A DNA stretch of 64,000 bases, taken from assembly GCA_950070535.1 (NCBI GenBank), contig CATMLK010000020.1, positions 461 through 64,460 on the forward strand. The letters are read 5' to 3'. Both the position numbers and the translations under genes were made by a program. The notes beneath the pieces were generated by a model. The model saw nothing but the letters and a program-made list of their open reading frames with translations. It did not search any database and was not told the origin of the DNA. This stretch comes from an uncultured Bacteriovoracaceae bacterium. Its GTDB lineage: Bacteria; Bdellovibrionota; Bacteriovoracia; Bacteriovoracales; Bacteriovoracaceae. Shown one piece after another: positions 26,001 to 34,920 of this stretch (positions are counted from its first letter, which is position 1; the number at the start of each line of letters is the position of its first letter).

Positions 26001-27008
26001 CCCAGACCTTACAAGCTCTTTAAACCTAGAAGGCACCAGTCCTGTAAAGTCGGGACCATTTTCTTCATATACAACAATATCTTGGAGAAGAACATTTTCT
26101 CCCTCCATGTTGTTTACCTCTGAAATTTTTTTAATAACTCTTACACCTTCTGAGTTTCTATCTAGCTGAATCAAAAAGTCCAAGGCATTGCTAATCTGCC
26201 GTCTTACGGCCCTCAATGGAACATCAAATCCTGCAAACAAAAATAAATTCTCCAACCTGCTCAAAGATTCCGACGGCGAGTTTGCGTGGATTGTACACAT
26301 TGAGCCTTGATGGCCAGTATTCATTGCCTGTAGAAGGTCAAATGCTTCAGCACCCCTAACCTCACCAATTATTATTCTATCTGGCCTCATTCTTAGGCAA
26401 TTCTTTAAAAGCTCTCTTGTGCCCAGGGGTGATTCAACACTGTCAGCTACGTTTGCCGTGAGTAGTCTTACCGTGTTTGGTGCCTGAAACTGCAACTCTT
26501 TAACATCCTCAATTGTAACAATTCGCTCGGTTAGGCCAAGCTCTTGCATAAGCAAGTTTAATAGCGTGGTTTTGCCACTGCTCGTCCCCCCAGAAATCAT
26601 AATATTCTGTCTTGAGGCCACCAAGGCCTTGAGAAATGAAACAATTTTTGCATTCATACCAAATGAATTTGGAGAATCCTCGAAGCTTGAAATATTTCTC
26701 AGATACTTTCGAATTGTAATCGCTGGACTAGAGGCAGTATAAGCAGAGGACACTATATTTACTCTGCTTCCATCAGGAAGAAGTCCATCCAAGATGGGGT
26801 TGTCTCTATTAAATAGTCGCTTGTTAAACTGGGCCACCTCTTTACAAAAACCAACCAAGTCTTCAGGGGAAAAATTAACATTAAGTCTTATCAATTCTCC
26901 ATCCCTTTCAATGTATACATTATCAACATTGTTAATAATTATTTCGCTAATTCCACTTTTTGTGGCCAACTCATTTAAAAGTTTCCAGATTGAGTTTTCA
27001 GTATTCAT
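25977..27008 (-). CDS. CpaF/TadA/VirB11-class secretion ATPase (no N-terminal accessory domain)
   Basis: Walker A GGTSSGKTTLLN, RPDRIIIGEVRGAEAFDLLQAMNTGHQGSMCTIHANSP, and N-terminal ISEIIINNVDNVYIERDG. Confidence 0.85.
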   Translation of the reverse strand: MNTENSIWKLLNELATKSGISEIIINNVDNVYIERDGELIRLNVNFSPEDLVGFCKEVAQFNKRLFNRDNPILDGLLPDGSRVNIVSSAYTASSPAITIRKYLRNISSFEDSPNSFGMNAKIVSFLKALVASRQNIMISGGTSSGKTTLLNLLMQELGLTERIVTIEDVKELQFQAPNTVRLLTANVADSVESPLGTRELLKNCLRMRPDRIIIGEVRGAEAFDLLQAMNTGHQGSMCTIHANSPSESLSRLENLFLFAGFDVPLRAVRRQISNALDFLIQLDRNSEGVRVIKKISEVNNMEGENVLLQDIVVYEENGPDFTGLVPSRFKELVRSGLSPDFFV

Positions 27009-27701
27009 TCAAACCTTTTGGTATAGAAAAAAATCTTTTTCATTAAGGGCGTGCCCATAGGTAGCAATGTCATTGAAAAATTTCATTTTATTTTCATCAC
27101 TTAAACAAAGAATTTTTTCAGTTATCCCCTTACTACCTACAGCTCCAGCTTCCATCAGATCTTTCTTGCTCCAGTAGTTAAGAAGTGAAGAGAGTATGAG
27201 GATTGTCCAATCAAGCTTTTGAACCTTGGCCTGCGTTTCACTGAGAATCTCATCAACCTCAGATGATATTGCAAGGAAGCTTGTTGAGCGACCAAATAGC
27301 TTTTCACTCTCTAGGTCTTTCATTTTCAAATACATTCCCAACAGAAAGACCCTAAAATTGCCTAGGGTTGAAAAGCGCTCAAAGCGGTTCTCAAAATCTT
27401 GAATGTCCAATGTATGTCCTAATTCAAGCTCCTCTAGAAACTTTCCAGTCTCAAGTTTGCTTAGGTAAAGTTCACACAACCGATCCCTAAGCCCCTTGAT
27501 TCCCTTACCGACTAAGCTTGCCTCCAGAGCAGTTGTTCCATGCCCGGCAAGAAGGTTTTTGCGAAGGTGCAAATTCAAAAATGGATCCTGTTGCAAATAA
27601 TCAACAATTTCTGCAAAGCTTGAGCGTGAGTGCTTAAGACCAGACACGCATAGCCAGTAGACTGAGTCAGGCACTCTGGTAAATGTGAGCTTTTCTTCCA
27701 T
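27009..27701 (-). CDS. hypothetical protein, tentatively HDOD-like signalling domain
   Basis: 230 aa. FAEIVDYLQQDPFLNLHLRKNLLA...KGIKGLRDRL loosely follows the HDOD N-terminal pattern. Its stop abuts the ATPase ATG. The domain call is weak. Confidence 0.45.
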   Translation of the reverse strand: MEEKLTFTRVPDSVYWLCVSGLKHSRSSFAEIVDYLQQDPFLNLHLRKNLLAGHGTTALEASLVGKGIKGLRDRLCELYLSKLETGKFLEELELGHTLDIQDFENRFERFSTLGNFRVFLLGMYLKMKDLESEKLFGRSTSFLAISSEVDEILSETQAKVQKLDWTILILSSLLNYWSKKDLMEAGAVGSKGITEKILCLSDENKMKFFNDIATYGHALNEKDFFLYQKV

Positions 27702-27768
27702 AGTTTTACCTCACTGCTTATTTTAACTATAATTTAGAAGGAGACAAACTGGAGAAATAGGAACAATT

Positions 27769-28245
27769 ATGCCCTTGCCATTATTTAGGGTTGTAGAAAT
27801 CTTGGAAGTAAGAAGGTCTTCAATCTGGTCCAAACTTGTAAACGCCCCTATTGGAAAACAACCCGTAGTTGTCGACGTGCGCACGGCCAGAGATATGGAG
27901 CTGGAGGCACTTGAACTAGTGGATGAGTATCTAGAAGAAAATAATGTACGCGACTTCCCCTATAAACTATATGTTTTAACAAACCTACCTCAACACCCAA
28001 GGCTTGAGGTTTTTAAAAGTTGGGATGATCTTCCAAGTTTTTTCAAAAAGAAAAATAGACCTCTAAACATGAAAGAGAATACTCTCATGGCGAAGGTCAC
28101 ACTAAAGCAAAATAGTATGGAAAATATTAATTTTTCGGAAGTTCAGGAAACTCTCGCTTCATATGCCAACAAACATAAAATGTTGGCGAAAAAGCAAAGC
28201 TACTTGGATTTCTTGAAAGACATTTCGGAAGGACTTGGCGGATAA
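27769..28245 (+). CDS. hypothetical protein (158 aa)
   Basis: ORF divergent from the HDOD-like gene. TATAAT-like box at 27735-27740. No motif recognised. Confidence 0.5.
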   Translation: MPLPLFRVVEILEVRRSSIWSKLVNAPIGKQPVVVDVRTARDMELEALELVDEYLEENNVRDFPYKLYVLTNLPQHPRLEVFKSWDDLPSFFKKKNRPLNMKENTLMAKVTLKQNSMENINFSEVQETLASYANKHKMLAKKQSYLDFLKDISEGLGG

Positions 28246-28247
28246 AA

Positions 28248-28589
28248 ATGAGTGATGACAAAGATGATGATTTAGCTGGTTTCAGGGACTTTATAGAGGG
28301 TGACAAACTTCTAAGAAGAGCCAGTCAACCTAGTAAAAAACATAAAAGAGATGGCTTTGAAATGTTCAGTTTTCTAGAACTTGAATCCAAGCGCCTAGAT
28401 AAGCAACATAAGATTTTGGAAGAGAGCAGCTATTTATTAAAGAACTGCGACCCCTTCACAACTCTTAACAAAGAACTTAATAAGGATATCTTGGTTACAA
28501 ATATAAAGTTAATGAATAAACTCTACAAGAAAGACTCCCCCATGATGAAATCACTTGAGGAAGTCTTTAAAGGACTGTTTGGAGCGTAG
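28248..28589 (+). CDS. hypothetical protein (113 aa, acidic N-terminus)
   Basis: ATG 2 nt after the preceding stop. No motif recognised. Confidence 0.5.
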   Translation: MSDDKDDDLAGFRDFIEGDKLLRRASQPSKKHKRDGFEMFSFLELESKRLDKQHKILEESSYLLKNCDPFTTLNKELNKDILVTNIKLMNKLYKKDSPMMKSLEEVFKGLFGA

Positions 28590-28614
28590 CTTTAACTCCC
28601 CAAACATTTCTACC

Positions 28615-29532
28615 TTAAAAGTTTTTCTTTTTGGCATTCCAAGTTTTTTCTATGTTATCAATCCTCTTGGCGAATTCATCAAATTCTGACGTATAAGTTG
28701 AAAGGAATGCAAAAATAGCCCTTGCAACACCTAGCTGCCCAATCTGGTACTCGAACTCAGTCGTTTCTTTGTAGCTAGGTCGATTCTTCACATTTGATAA
28801 AATAGACTCTAAATTATCTGCTATATCTTCATAGGAGCCAACCTTCTCCCTTTGCTCGCGTATTTTTCCCTTAATTGTGAACATAGCAATCCCTCTACCA
28901 GAAGTAATACCGAGTGTTCCTAATGTGTTATAAATCTCAATATCCTTTGCGGCCAAAAACTCCTGTGAGTGAAGATAGGCATTGATAATTCTTATAACAT
29001 CGGAATCATCTACGAAGTCTCTAAGCCATTCATGAACAAGTAGCCAAGAAAGTTCGTCACCTTCATGCTCAATAAGTTTCAGTACCTCAGAATCATAATA
29101 AAACCTTTTAAAAGGCTTTTTTACTAGATTTACTGCCTGAACGATCTCATCATCACACCCTTCAGGAAGACGAATATATAGATTTTCATCTTGAACATCA
29201 TATAGTTTAGAGTCTATCCAAAAAACACTGTGGTTCGAATTACTTTTTTTATTGAAAGTTTCTCTAAATTCAGAAAGCTTAGCTCCCATCATAGGCAATG
29301 TTTCTTCAAACTTTTGAATAATCTGATCTAAGGCCTCCACAGTATGCCTATTTTCCACCTTTGTAAAAAATGGTTGCGACTCCATAACAACGGAGTCTAA
29401 AGTTCGATATCCCCAAGTTTCACTTTTAGAATCATAGCATTCTATGACATCTCCTCCATTGCCTCCACCAGTAGCTTTAGCTGCGGTTACTGTTGAGGCG
29501 ACCAATAATGTTCCTAAAATAATCTTTCTCAT
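28615..29532 (-). CDS. hypothetical secreted protein
   Basis: Signal peptide MRKIILGTLLVASTVTAAKA followed by TGGGNGGDVIEC. Start overlaps the stop of the upstream TIGR02147-like gene by 4 nt. Confidence 0.55.
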   Translation of the reverse strand: MRKIILGTLLVASTVTAAKATGGGNGGDVIECYDSKSETWGYRTLDSVVMESQPFFTKVENRHTVEALDQIIQKFEETLPMMGAKLSEFRETFNKKSNSNHSVFWIDSKLYDVQDENLYIRLPEGCDDEIVQAVNLVKKPFKRFYYDSEVLKLIEHEGDELSWLLVHEWLRDFVDDSDVIRIINAYLHSQEFLAAKDIEIYNTLGTLGITSGRGIAMFTIKGKIREQREKVGSYEDIADNLESILSNVKNRPSYKETTEFEYQIGQLGVARAIFAFLSTYTSEFDEFAKRIDNIEKTWNAKKKNF

Positions 29533-30368
29533 TGTAGTTTCTCCTTCTTATTTGTTAATGCAAAAAATTGAATTCCCATTTGATATATTTCACTTGCCTC
29601 GTCAGGCGAAGATTCATACTTGCTTATTATGTTTTTTAGAAAATCTCTCATTTCTTCTTTGATCTTTGGCAGGTCACTTTTTTTAATCCCCATGGCCGTA
29701 GCGTTATACTCTCTATCTTGCACGTCCTGTTGGGAAATCTGATCTGCGGCCAAATGAAGCACATTCCTGTGGTATTCTTGGAGGGCCTCATTTTGCACAT
29801 CCTGCTTTGTGTGCAATAGTTTATGTACGGGCCTTACCTTGTTACTTTCATCTATTTTTAATAGGCCAAGCTCAAAGAGCATATCCATTGACTTTTGAAT
29901 CTCGTTTATAGTCACTTTGATTGTTAATCGCTCTTTAATCCAGAATGCGTCGAAGACAAAATCTTGAAGGTTCGTTAACTCAACGATTGCCCCGTTTAGC
30001 GGGTTTTTAAGACAGTGAAATGCCTCCACCTCATAAAAGCTTAATTTTTCACCTGGTGCGAGCTCCTGAAGGCGCTCTTGATAGTACATCTTTGAGTCCA
30101 TGCTCTTTGCTCTATTGAAATCTATTAATGTCTCTAAGTAGAGAGACTCTTTAGGTGCCAAATTTAAGCTATTTGAGATCGCAAGTACGTATTTCTTAGG
30201 CAAGGGCCTTTTGCCCTGGAGCACTTGGTAGAAGCTACCGTAACTTGAAAAGCCAAGCTGTTTTGCCCATGCTCGAACGGTAAAATTCTTATTTAATCCT
30301 CTTTTCTTGTTCCAAGCATCACGTAAGAATAAGGATGGTTCTTTATAATTAAAAATGGTTAAGCTCAT
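29529..30368 (-). CDS. TIGR02147/DUF4423-like putative HTH protein
   Basis: N-terminus YKEPSLFLRDAWNKKRGLNKNFTVRAWAKQLGFSSYGSFYQVLQGKRPLPKKY matches my recollection of the TIGR02147 paralogous family. No search was run. Confidence 0.5.
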   Translation of the reverse strand: MSLTIFNYKEPSLFLRDAWNKKRGLNKNFTVRAWAKQLGFSSYGSFYQVLQGKRPLPKKYVLAISNSLNLAPKESLYLETLIDFNRAKSMDSKMYYQERLQELAPGEKLSFYEVEAFHCLKNPLNGAIVELTNLQDFVFDAFWIKERLTIKVTINEIQKSMDMLFELGLLKIDESNKVRPVHKLLHTKQDVQNEALQEYHRNVLHLAADQISQQDVQDREYNATAMGIKKSDLPKIKEEMRDFLKNIISKYESSPDEASEIYQMGIQFFALTNKKEKLQ

Positions 30369-30549
30369 TACTTCTCCAAGACCGTTTATTTATGATCTGG
30401 AGAGAATTTACTCCCATTGTCCTCCGCACTCAAGTTTTCTGAGCACAATGTAGTTCTAAAATGAGCGCAAATCGGTAACCTTTACACGCTAGCCTTTAGG
30501 TTTTGAATTTTTTACATGGTACGTGGCACCGAGACAAGGGGGGAAGAAA

Positions 30550-30571
30550 CTCTCCAGACCTTCCTGGAGAG
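30550..30571 (-). terminator. hairpin immediately after the 575-aa ORF stop
   Basis: CTCTCCAG (30550-30557) / CTGGAGAG (30564-30571). Followed on the minus strand by TTTCTT. Confidence 0.4.
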
Positions 30572-30573
30572 AG

Positions 30574-32301
30574 TTAATTTTTTGAAAGTGAATTTAGAAG
30601 AACAGGTCCGCCAACATGTGCAAAGTCCTCTTCTTCCAATGTATCGAACTCATACCCGCTTAGGTGTTCATAAATTAAGGCATATAAGTAATCTTCAAAA
30701 CCATCGACTTCATCAAATCCAAAAGCTTGCTTAAATTCGAAGATTGTTTTGGAGAGATTTTCGTCCCCCATACTTTTTAACTGGTACTCGCCATCATTTT
30801 GAACAAAGTGTTGTTTTAAAAATCCCTGCAATTCAGTAATCGCAAGTCCCATCTTATTAGTGTTGTCACTTTTAAAGTTACCCAGAGAGAAATTGATAAA
30901 GCTTGATAGAATTAATGCTTCAAAATCAATGTCTTCAACTTGGTAGTTGAGATAAAACTGATCATTAAGTTTTGAACTTGACCTAAGCTCATTAAAAGTT
31001 TCATAGAATGTTGCAATGAACGGTGCGAGAGATTTAAAAGTCTGAACCTGAGTTCGCCAAAACTCAAAAGTCTGAAGGTCGGCAACTGCAAGAGCGTGCT
31101 GTCCCACTCCAAAGTTTTTTACCTTTGGCACATCTTCAAAGGATTGCTCAAGAAAAGTGTTCCACCACGCTCCCAAGAAGTACTCGTGCTCATCTTGAGC
31201 AAATGGAGTTTTGCCAAGGGCCTTTTTCAATTTACTATGATTCAAACTCCAAAGAGAATTTCCAATTTTGTAGACCTCGGTAAAGTCAAAAATATCAAAC
31301 ACGGACTCTGCTTCTTTAAGATTTCTTGTAACCTTACAGTATTGCAGGCCAAGCTCTAAGGCATACTTCACGGCCTTTCCAATCTTGCCTATTTCAACAC
31401 TTCCGCCACGAAGTGCATCATTCAGAGTGATATTGGCATTTATGAGTCTAACAAAATTAAAGTGAAGATACTGTTTTCTTTTTTCGCCTTTAACCTTGGA
31501 CAATTCAGTTAGGATATTTTCCATATCTTTTTCAAATTGAATCAATGCTGAAGAGTGCAAGCTTTGGTTTGCTGCAACTGTGTCCACATCAGCGTGAAGC
31601 CCAACCTTTTTTTCAATGAATCGATCAATCCCCTTAAAGCTTATAAAAGGGTGCAGGCTTTCGCGAGCATCGTAGTAGTCCACAAATCCAAACTCTCTAA
31701 GACGCTCTTTCTTGTTTGTGTACTCGGTTTCTTGGAGATAAGAAAACGACTCGTTTATCAACTTGAATAGCATTGAGTATGCATTCTCCACGCCCATGGA
31801 GTCATACAAGTGCCTCACAAAGTACTTAAGCTCATTGGCATAGGCATAGTCTTGCGAGTACTCAATTAACAAAAGCATATCATCTGTTAAAAAATAATTG
31901 TCGTGATCTGGATACTGAGGGTCTTCAACATCAAAAGTGTGTATATTCACTCTAGATTTCAAATACAGAAGAAAGTCCTCATTATTAACGAATTCTTTTA
32001 TTAATTCATCTTCTTTAGTTTTTGAGTATACCTCAAGCCAGTATTCAAAGGAGAAAACATCTACAGCATCTCTCTTCCACAGGTCGAGATCCAGCAAGGC
32101 CTGTCTTTGTTTTGTGCTTAACTTTGGAAGGATTGATGCAACCTGCTCACTTGAGGTAGATAGCAGTGAGACGTATAGTGGCTGCAAAGGTACATTGGAC
32201 AGATCCAGACCGGTTTCAACTAATTTTTCAATATCTTCAAAACTTTTATAGGATCTGGCCTCATAGATAATTTTGGCCAAGAGATTTTTTTTGTCATTCA
32301 T
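30574..32301 (-). CDS. conserved hypothetical cytoplasmic protein (575 aa)
   Basis: Long uninterrupted ORF with no signal peptide, followed by a hairpin. Function unrecognised. Confidence 0.6.
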   Translation of the reverse strand: MNDKKNLLAKIIYEARSYKSFEDIEKLVETGLDLSNVPLQPLYVSLLSTSSEQVASILPKLSTKQRQALLDLDLWKRDAVDVFSFEYWLEVYSKTKEDELIKEFVNNEDFLLYLKSRVNIHTFDVEDPQYPDHDNYFLTDDMLLLIEYSQDYAYANELKYFVRHLYDSMGVENAYSMLFKLINESFSYLQETEYTNKKERLREFGFVDYYDARESLHPFISFKGIDRFIEKKVGLHADVDTVAANQSLHSSALIQFEKDMENILTELSKVKGEKRKQYLHFNFVRLINANITLNDALRGGSVEIGKIGKAVKYALELGLQYCKVTRNLKEAESVFDIFDFTEVYKIGNSLWSLNHSKLKKALGKTPFAQDEHEYFLGAWWNTFLEQSFEDVPKVKNFGVGQHALAVADLQTFEFWRTQVQTFKSLAPFIATFYETFNELRSSSKLNDQFYLNYQVEDIDFEALILSSFINFSLGNFKSDNTNKMGLAITELQGFLKQHFVQNDGEYQLKSMGDENLSKTIFEFKQAFGFDEVDGFEDYLYALIYEHLSGYEFDTLEEEDFAHVGGPVLLNSLSKN

Positions 32302-32340
32302 GGGCTATTAAATACAATAAAGCCCTGTAAAGAACAAGAG

Positions 32341-32658
32341 TTAGTTGAGAATCTCGTTTAAGGCCTTGCGTTCTTTATCATTAAAAGCAAAAGCTCCTGT
32401 GCGCAAAATTGCTCTGAGTTTCTCTTGTGTAGCTTCTGCATTGGGATTGTTGCTCTTCACATCTCCAAAGCCCTCTTTAGAGACCTTTTTCTCGCCTTTT
32501 GTATCAATTGTAACTACCGTGTCTGGCTCTTTCTTTTTGGGCTTGCCCACTTCAATCCCAAACTTTGCCTGAACTCTGGCCTTAATTTCCTCTTTAGAAG
32601 GTCTCTTCTTCGCCTTTTGAGCATTAGCTGACTGTAAATTTGATGAATTAACTTCCAT
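32341..32658 (-). CDS. hypothetical small basic protein (105 aa)
   Basis: Internal ATG 32658 was chosen (MEVNSSNLQSANAQKAKKRPSK...). The ORF-track extension to 32838 is Cys/Trp-rich, looks non-coding, and would overlap the divergent HAD gene. Confidence 0.5.
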   Translation of the reverse strand: MEVNSSNLQSANAQKAKKRPSKEEIKARVQAKFGIEVGKPKKKEPDTVVTIDTKGEKKVSKEGFGDVKSNNPNAEATQEKLRAILRTGAFAFNDKERKALNEILN

Positions 32659-32728
32659 TAAAACCCTTTTGGTGTTACTTCTTAAATTGTAACAAGAAAC
32701 GCAATGCACAAGAAAGGTTCGGCAAGAA

Positions 32729-33385
32729 ATGCAGTTATTTAACCATGTACCATTGATATCTGATATTTTGGGGCTCCACGCCACACCAAAGGCCTGTTTA
32801 TTCGATATGGACGGGACTATCATGGACACTGAAATCATACACGCCCAGGCCCTATATGAGCTTGTTCAACTTCACCACCCCAATAAGTATACGGAAAATG
32901 AACTCTACGAGCTCTGCCTCGGCCAGACTGATGATTTCATCTTTGATACGCTTAAGGCCCAAAATTGCTTTTTAAATCTTACCAATGAGAAGTTGGAGGC
33001 CTTAAAGCTTGAGATTTTCTTAAGGATTCTTAAAACAACTCCATCAAGCAAGATCTTTATCCCACAGATCAAATCTTTACTGTCAGAGCTAAAAGATAAG
33101 GGCATAAAGCTAGCTGTTGTCACTTCAAGTGACAAACTATCTGCCATGGCCTTACTAGATCTTTTAGATATCGCACAATACTTTGAGCTTTTTATTACCA
33201 AAGAAGATACTGCACTCAACAAGCCACACCCAGACCCTTATCTCATGGCATATAAAACCCTTGGTTGTGAAGCTCAGGAGTGCTTGATCTTTGAAGACTC
33301 GCCAACAGGCCTCAAGGCAGCTGAAATTGCCGCACCCAAAGCAATTATTCAGGCCGGCTGGTACAAGCAGGTTAAGCTAAGTTAA
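32729..33385 (+). CDS. HAD-superfamily hydrolase (beta-phosphoglucomutase/phosphatase-like, subfamily IA)
   Basis: Motif I CLFDMDGTIMDTE, motif II VVTSS, motif III/IV KPHPDPY and IFEDSPTGLKAA. The exact start is uncertain. Confidence 0.8.
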   Translation: MQLFNHVPLISDILGLHATPKACLFDMDGTIMDTEIIHAQALYELVQLHHPNKYTENELYELCLGQTDDFIFDTLKAQNCFLNLTNEKLEALKLEIFLRILKTTPSSKIFIPQIKSLLSELKDKGIKLAVVTSSDKLSAMALLDLLDIAQYFELFITKEDTALNKPHPDPYLMAYKTLGCEAQECLIFEDSPTGLKAAEIAAPKAIIQAGWYKQVKLS

Positions 33386-34920
33386 TCTCTAACTATGCTT
33401 AATTGCCAAAAAGCTGTGGCAGCATCCCCTCTAAACTCAAGGCGAACAAAATCATTTTCATTAGCAATGCTTTCGTCATCAATATTGTTTCTGACATAAA
33501 ACTGATCGCCGATTACATCGATCAAATTGAAAAGTCCCTGGTGTTTGTCGTTCTCAATTAGATATTTAATAAATAGAAGTGGAACAGGGCCCTTTTTCGA
33601 GCCTAGTGAATCAAAGTTCTTCATCTCCTCCAGGCCCTCTCTTGAAAAGAACTTAGGCATTTGTTGTTCGAGATAGTCGAGCATTTTTGAATTAAATAGA
33701 TAATCATATCTAAATTTCAACATATCAATATCCACTCGATCCATGGAAAATTCTTCAAGGGCCTGAGCCGAAATTAGAAAGTGGCTCTTTTTTGGTTTCT
33801 TCTTTACAACTACCCTCTTTTTAGAAGTTTTCTCTTTTTCTTTCTTAGGCTGGAGCACTTTCTTTATTGGTGCCGGAGCCAATGGCGCAAGTTCAACTTC
33901 CTTTTTAGTTTCCACTTTGGTAACTTTTTTTATTTGAACTTTCTTCTCTATAAATATTTCGTCAAGACCTTCTTTTACAAATACTCTTAAGGATCCTGCG
34001 GGAAACAATCGTCCACCTAACTCAAGATCTTCTTTTTTAAGATATTCAAATATAAGAGGAAAAACACGGTAAAAGTTGGGCTCAAAGCTCTCCCTATCCT
34101 TCATGACACTTGTATATCTTGCTAGGCATCCCCTGGCATTTCCATTGTCGTTAAAAACCTTCATAACATCGCCGTAGCTTATTACATGAAAAAGTTGCTC
34201 CACGTATGAAATGCCGTATAGCCCGTCTTTCTCCGAACAAATTTTGGTAAACAATTTTTTATCCTGTTCGCAGCTTTGTTGAAACAGTTTCTTTAGCTTG
34301 TCCTTACTCTTCAAACAACTTCTATCTGAGCATTCTGACAGTAACCTCTCTGCAACAGCTCCCTTATTACTTTTAGACCAATCGATAAAATATTTTTCAA
34401 AATCAAAATTGTAGGGAGCAACAAATGGACTAAAGCTTCTTGAAAGAATACTCGAACTTTTAATAAACAGCTTCATATCTTTTGACTTGGGATCACAAGT
34501 GTTTAAAAGTTCATTAATTGAAACTTCACACACCTCTCCAAGATTCATTTTCTTAGACTCTTCTTCCATCATGAAAAACAATTCACTCAAGTAGCTCAAA
34601 GCACTCATGCGATACAAGTATCTTATATACTCAGCGTGTTGTGCCAACTCTTCATTTGGACAAAGACCTGCAGTATTGAGCTCTTTGATAAATTCTTTCA
34701 AATCATATAGTTCAAGTCCAATTGAACTGTAAGGGTACTGATTAAAATACTTCTGCTCCTCAAAAACTGTTTTTCCAAACTTCTTATCTTTAAAATAGTA
34801 TGGATAACTAGGACCATAATAGTGTTCAAAGTTTTGCTCCCCTAAAAGGTGAGGGGCCAGGGGCAAACCAAAAGCGGAGCCTATACAGATAAAAGTGAAA
34901 ATTAAAGTCTTTATACCCAT
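33382..34920 (-). CDS. hypothetical secreted Cys-rich protein with central Lys-rich linker
   Basis: Signal peptide MGIKTLIFTFICIGSAFG. KKVQIKKVTKVETKK...KKRVVVKKKPKK segment. ATG 34920 overlaps the dctM stop by 10 nt. Confidence 0.55.
   Translation of the reverse strand: MGIKTLIFTFICIGSAFGLPLAPHLLGEQNFEHYYGPSYPYYFKDKKFGKTVFEEQKYFNQYPYSSIGLELYDLKEFIKELNTAGLCPNEELAQHAEYIRYLYRMSALSYLSELFFMMEEESKKMNLGEVCEVSINELLNTCDPKSKDMKLFIKSSSILSRSFSPFVAPYNFDFEKYFIDWSKSNKGAVAERLLSECSDRSCLKSKDKLKKLFQQSCEQDKKLFTKICSEKDGLYGISYVEQLFHVISYGDVMKVFNDNGNARGCLARYTSVMKDRESFEPNFYRVFPLIFEYLKKEDLELGGRLFPAGSLRVFVKEGLDEIFIEKKVQIKKVTKVETKKEVELAPLAPAPIKKVLQPKKEKEKTSKKRVVVKKKPKKSHFLISAQALEEFSMDRVDIDMLKFRYDYLFNSKMLDYLEQQMPKFFSREGLEEMKNFDSLGSKKGPVPLLFIKYLIENDKHQGLFNLIDVIGDQFYVRNNIDDESIANENDFVRLEFRGDAATAFWQLSIVRD

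Noticed and set aside
29232-29240. GGTTCGAAT, a tRNA T-arm-like string
   Set aside because: It lies inside the 28615-29532 CDS. No acceptor or anticodon stems can be drawn around it.
30516-30734. 72-aa plus-strand ORF, and a TGGCAC (30524-30529) that could be a sigma-54 -24 element
   Set aside because: The ORF runs through the terminator hairpin and antisense into the 575-aa gene. The -12 TTGC element is absent at the required spacing (the sequence is TGGCACcgagaCAAG).
32659-32838. N-terminal 60-codon extension of the 32341-32838 ORF
   Set aside because: The extension (MISVSMIVPS...CISCRTFLVHCVSCY) looks non-coding and would overlap the divergent HAD gene. The internal ATG 32658, with an upstream purine-rich stretch, gives a coherent basic protein.
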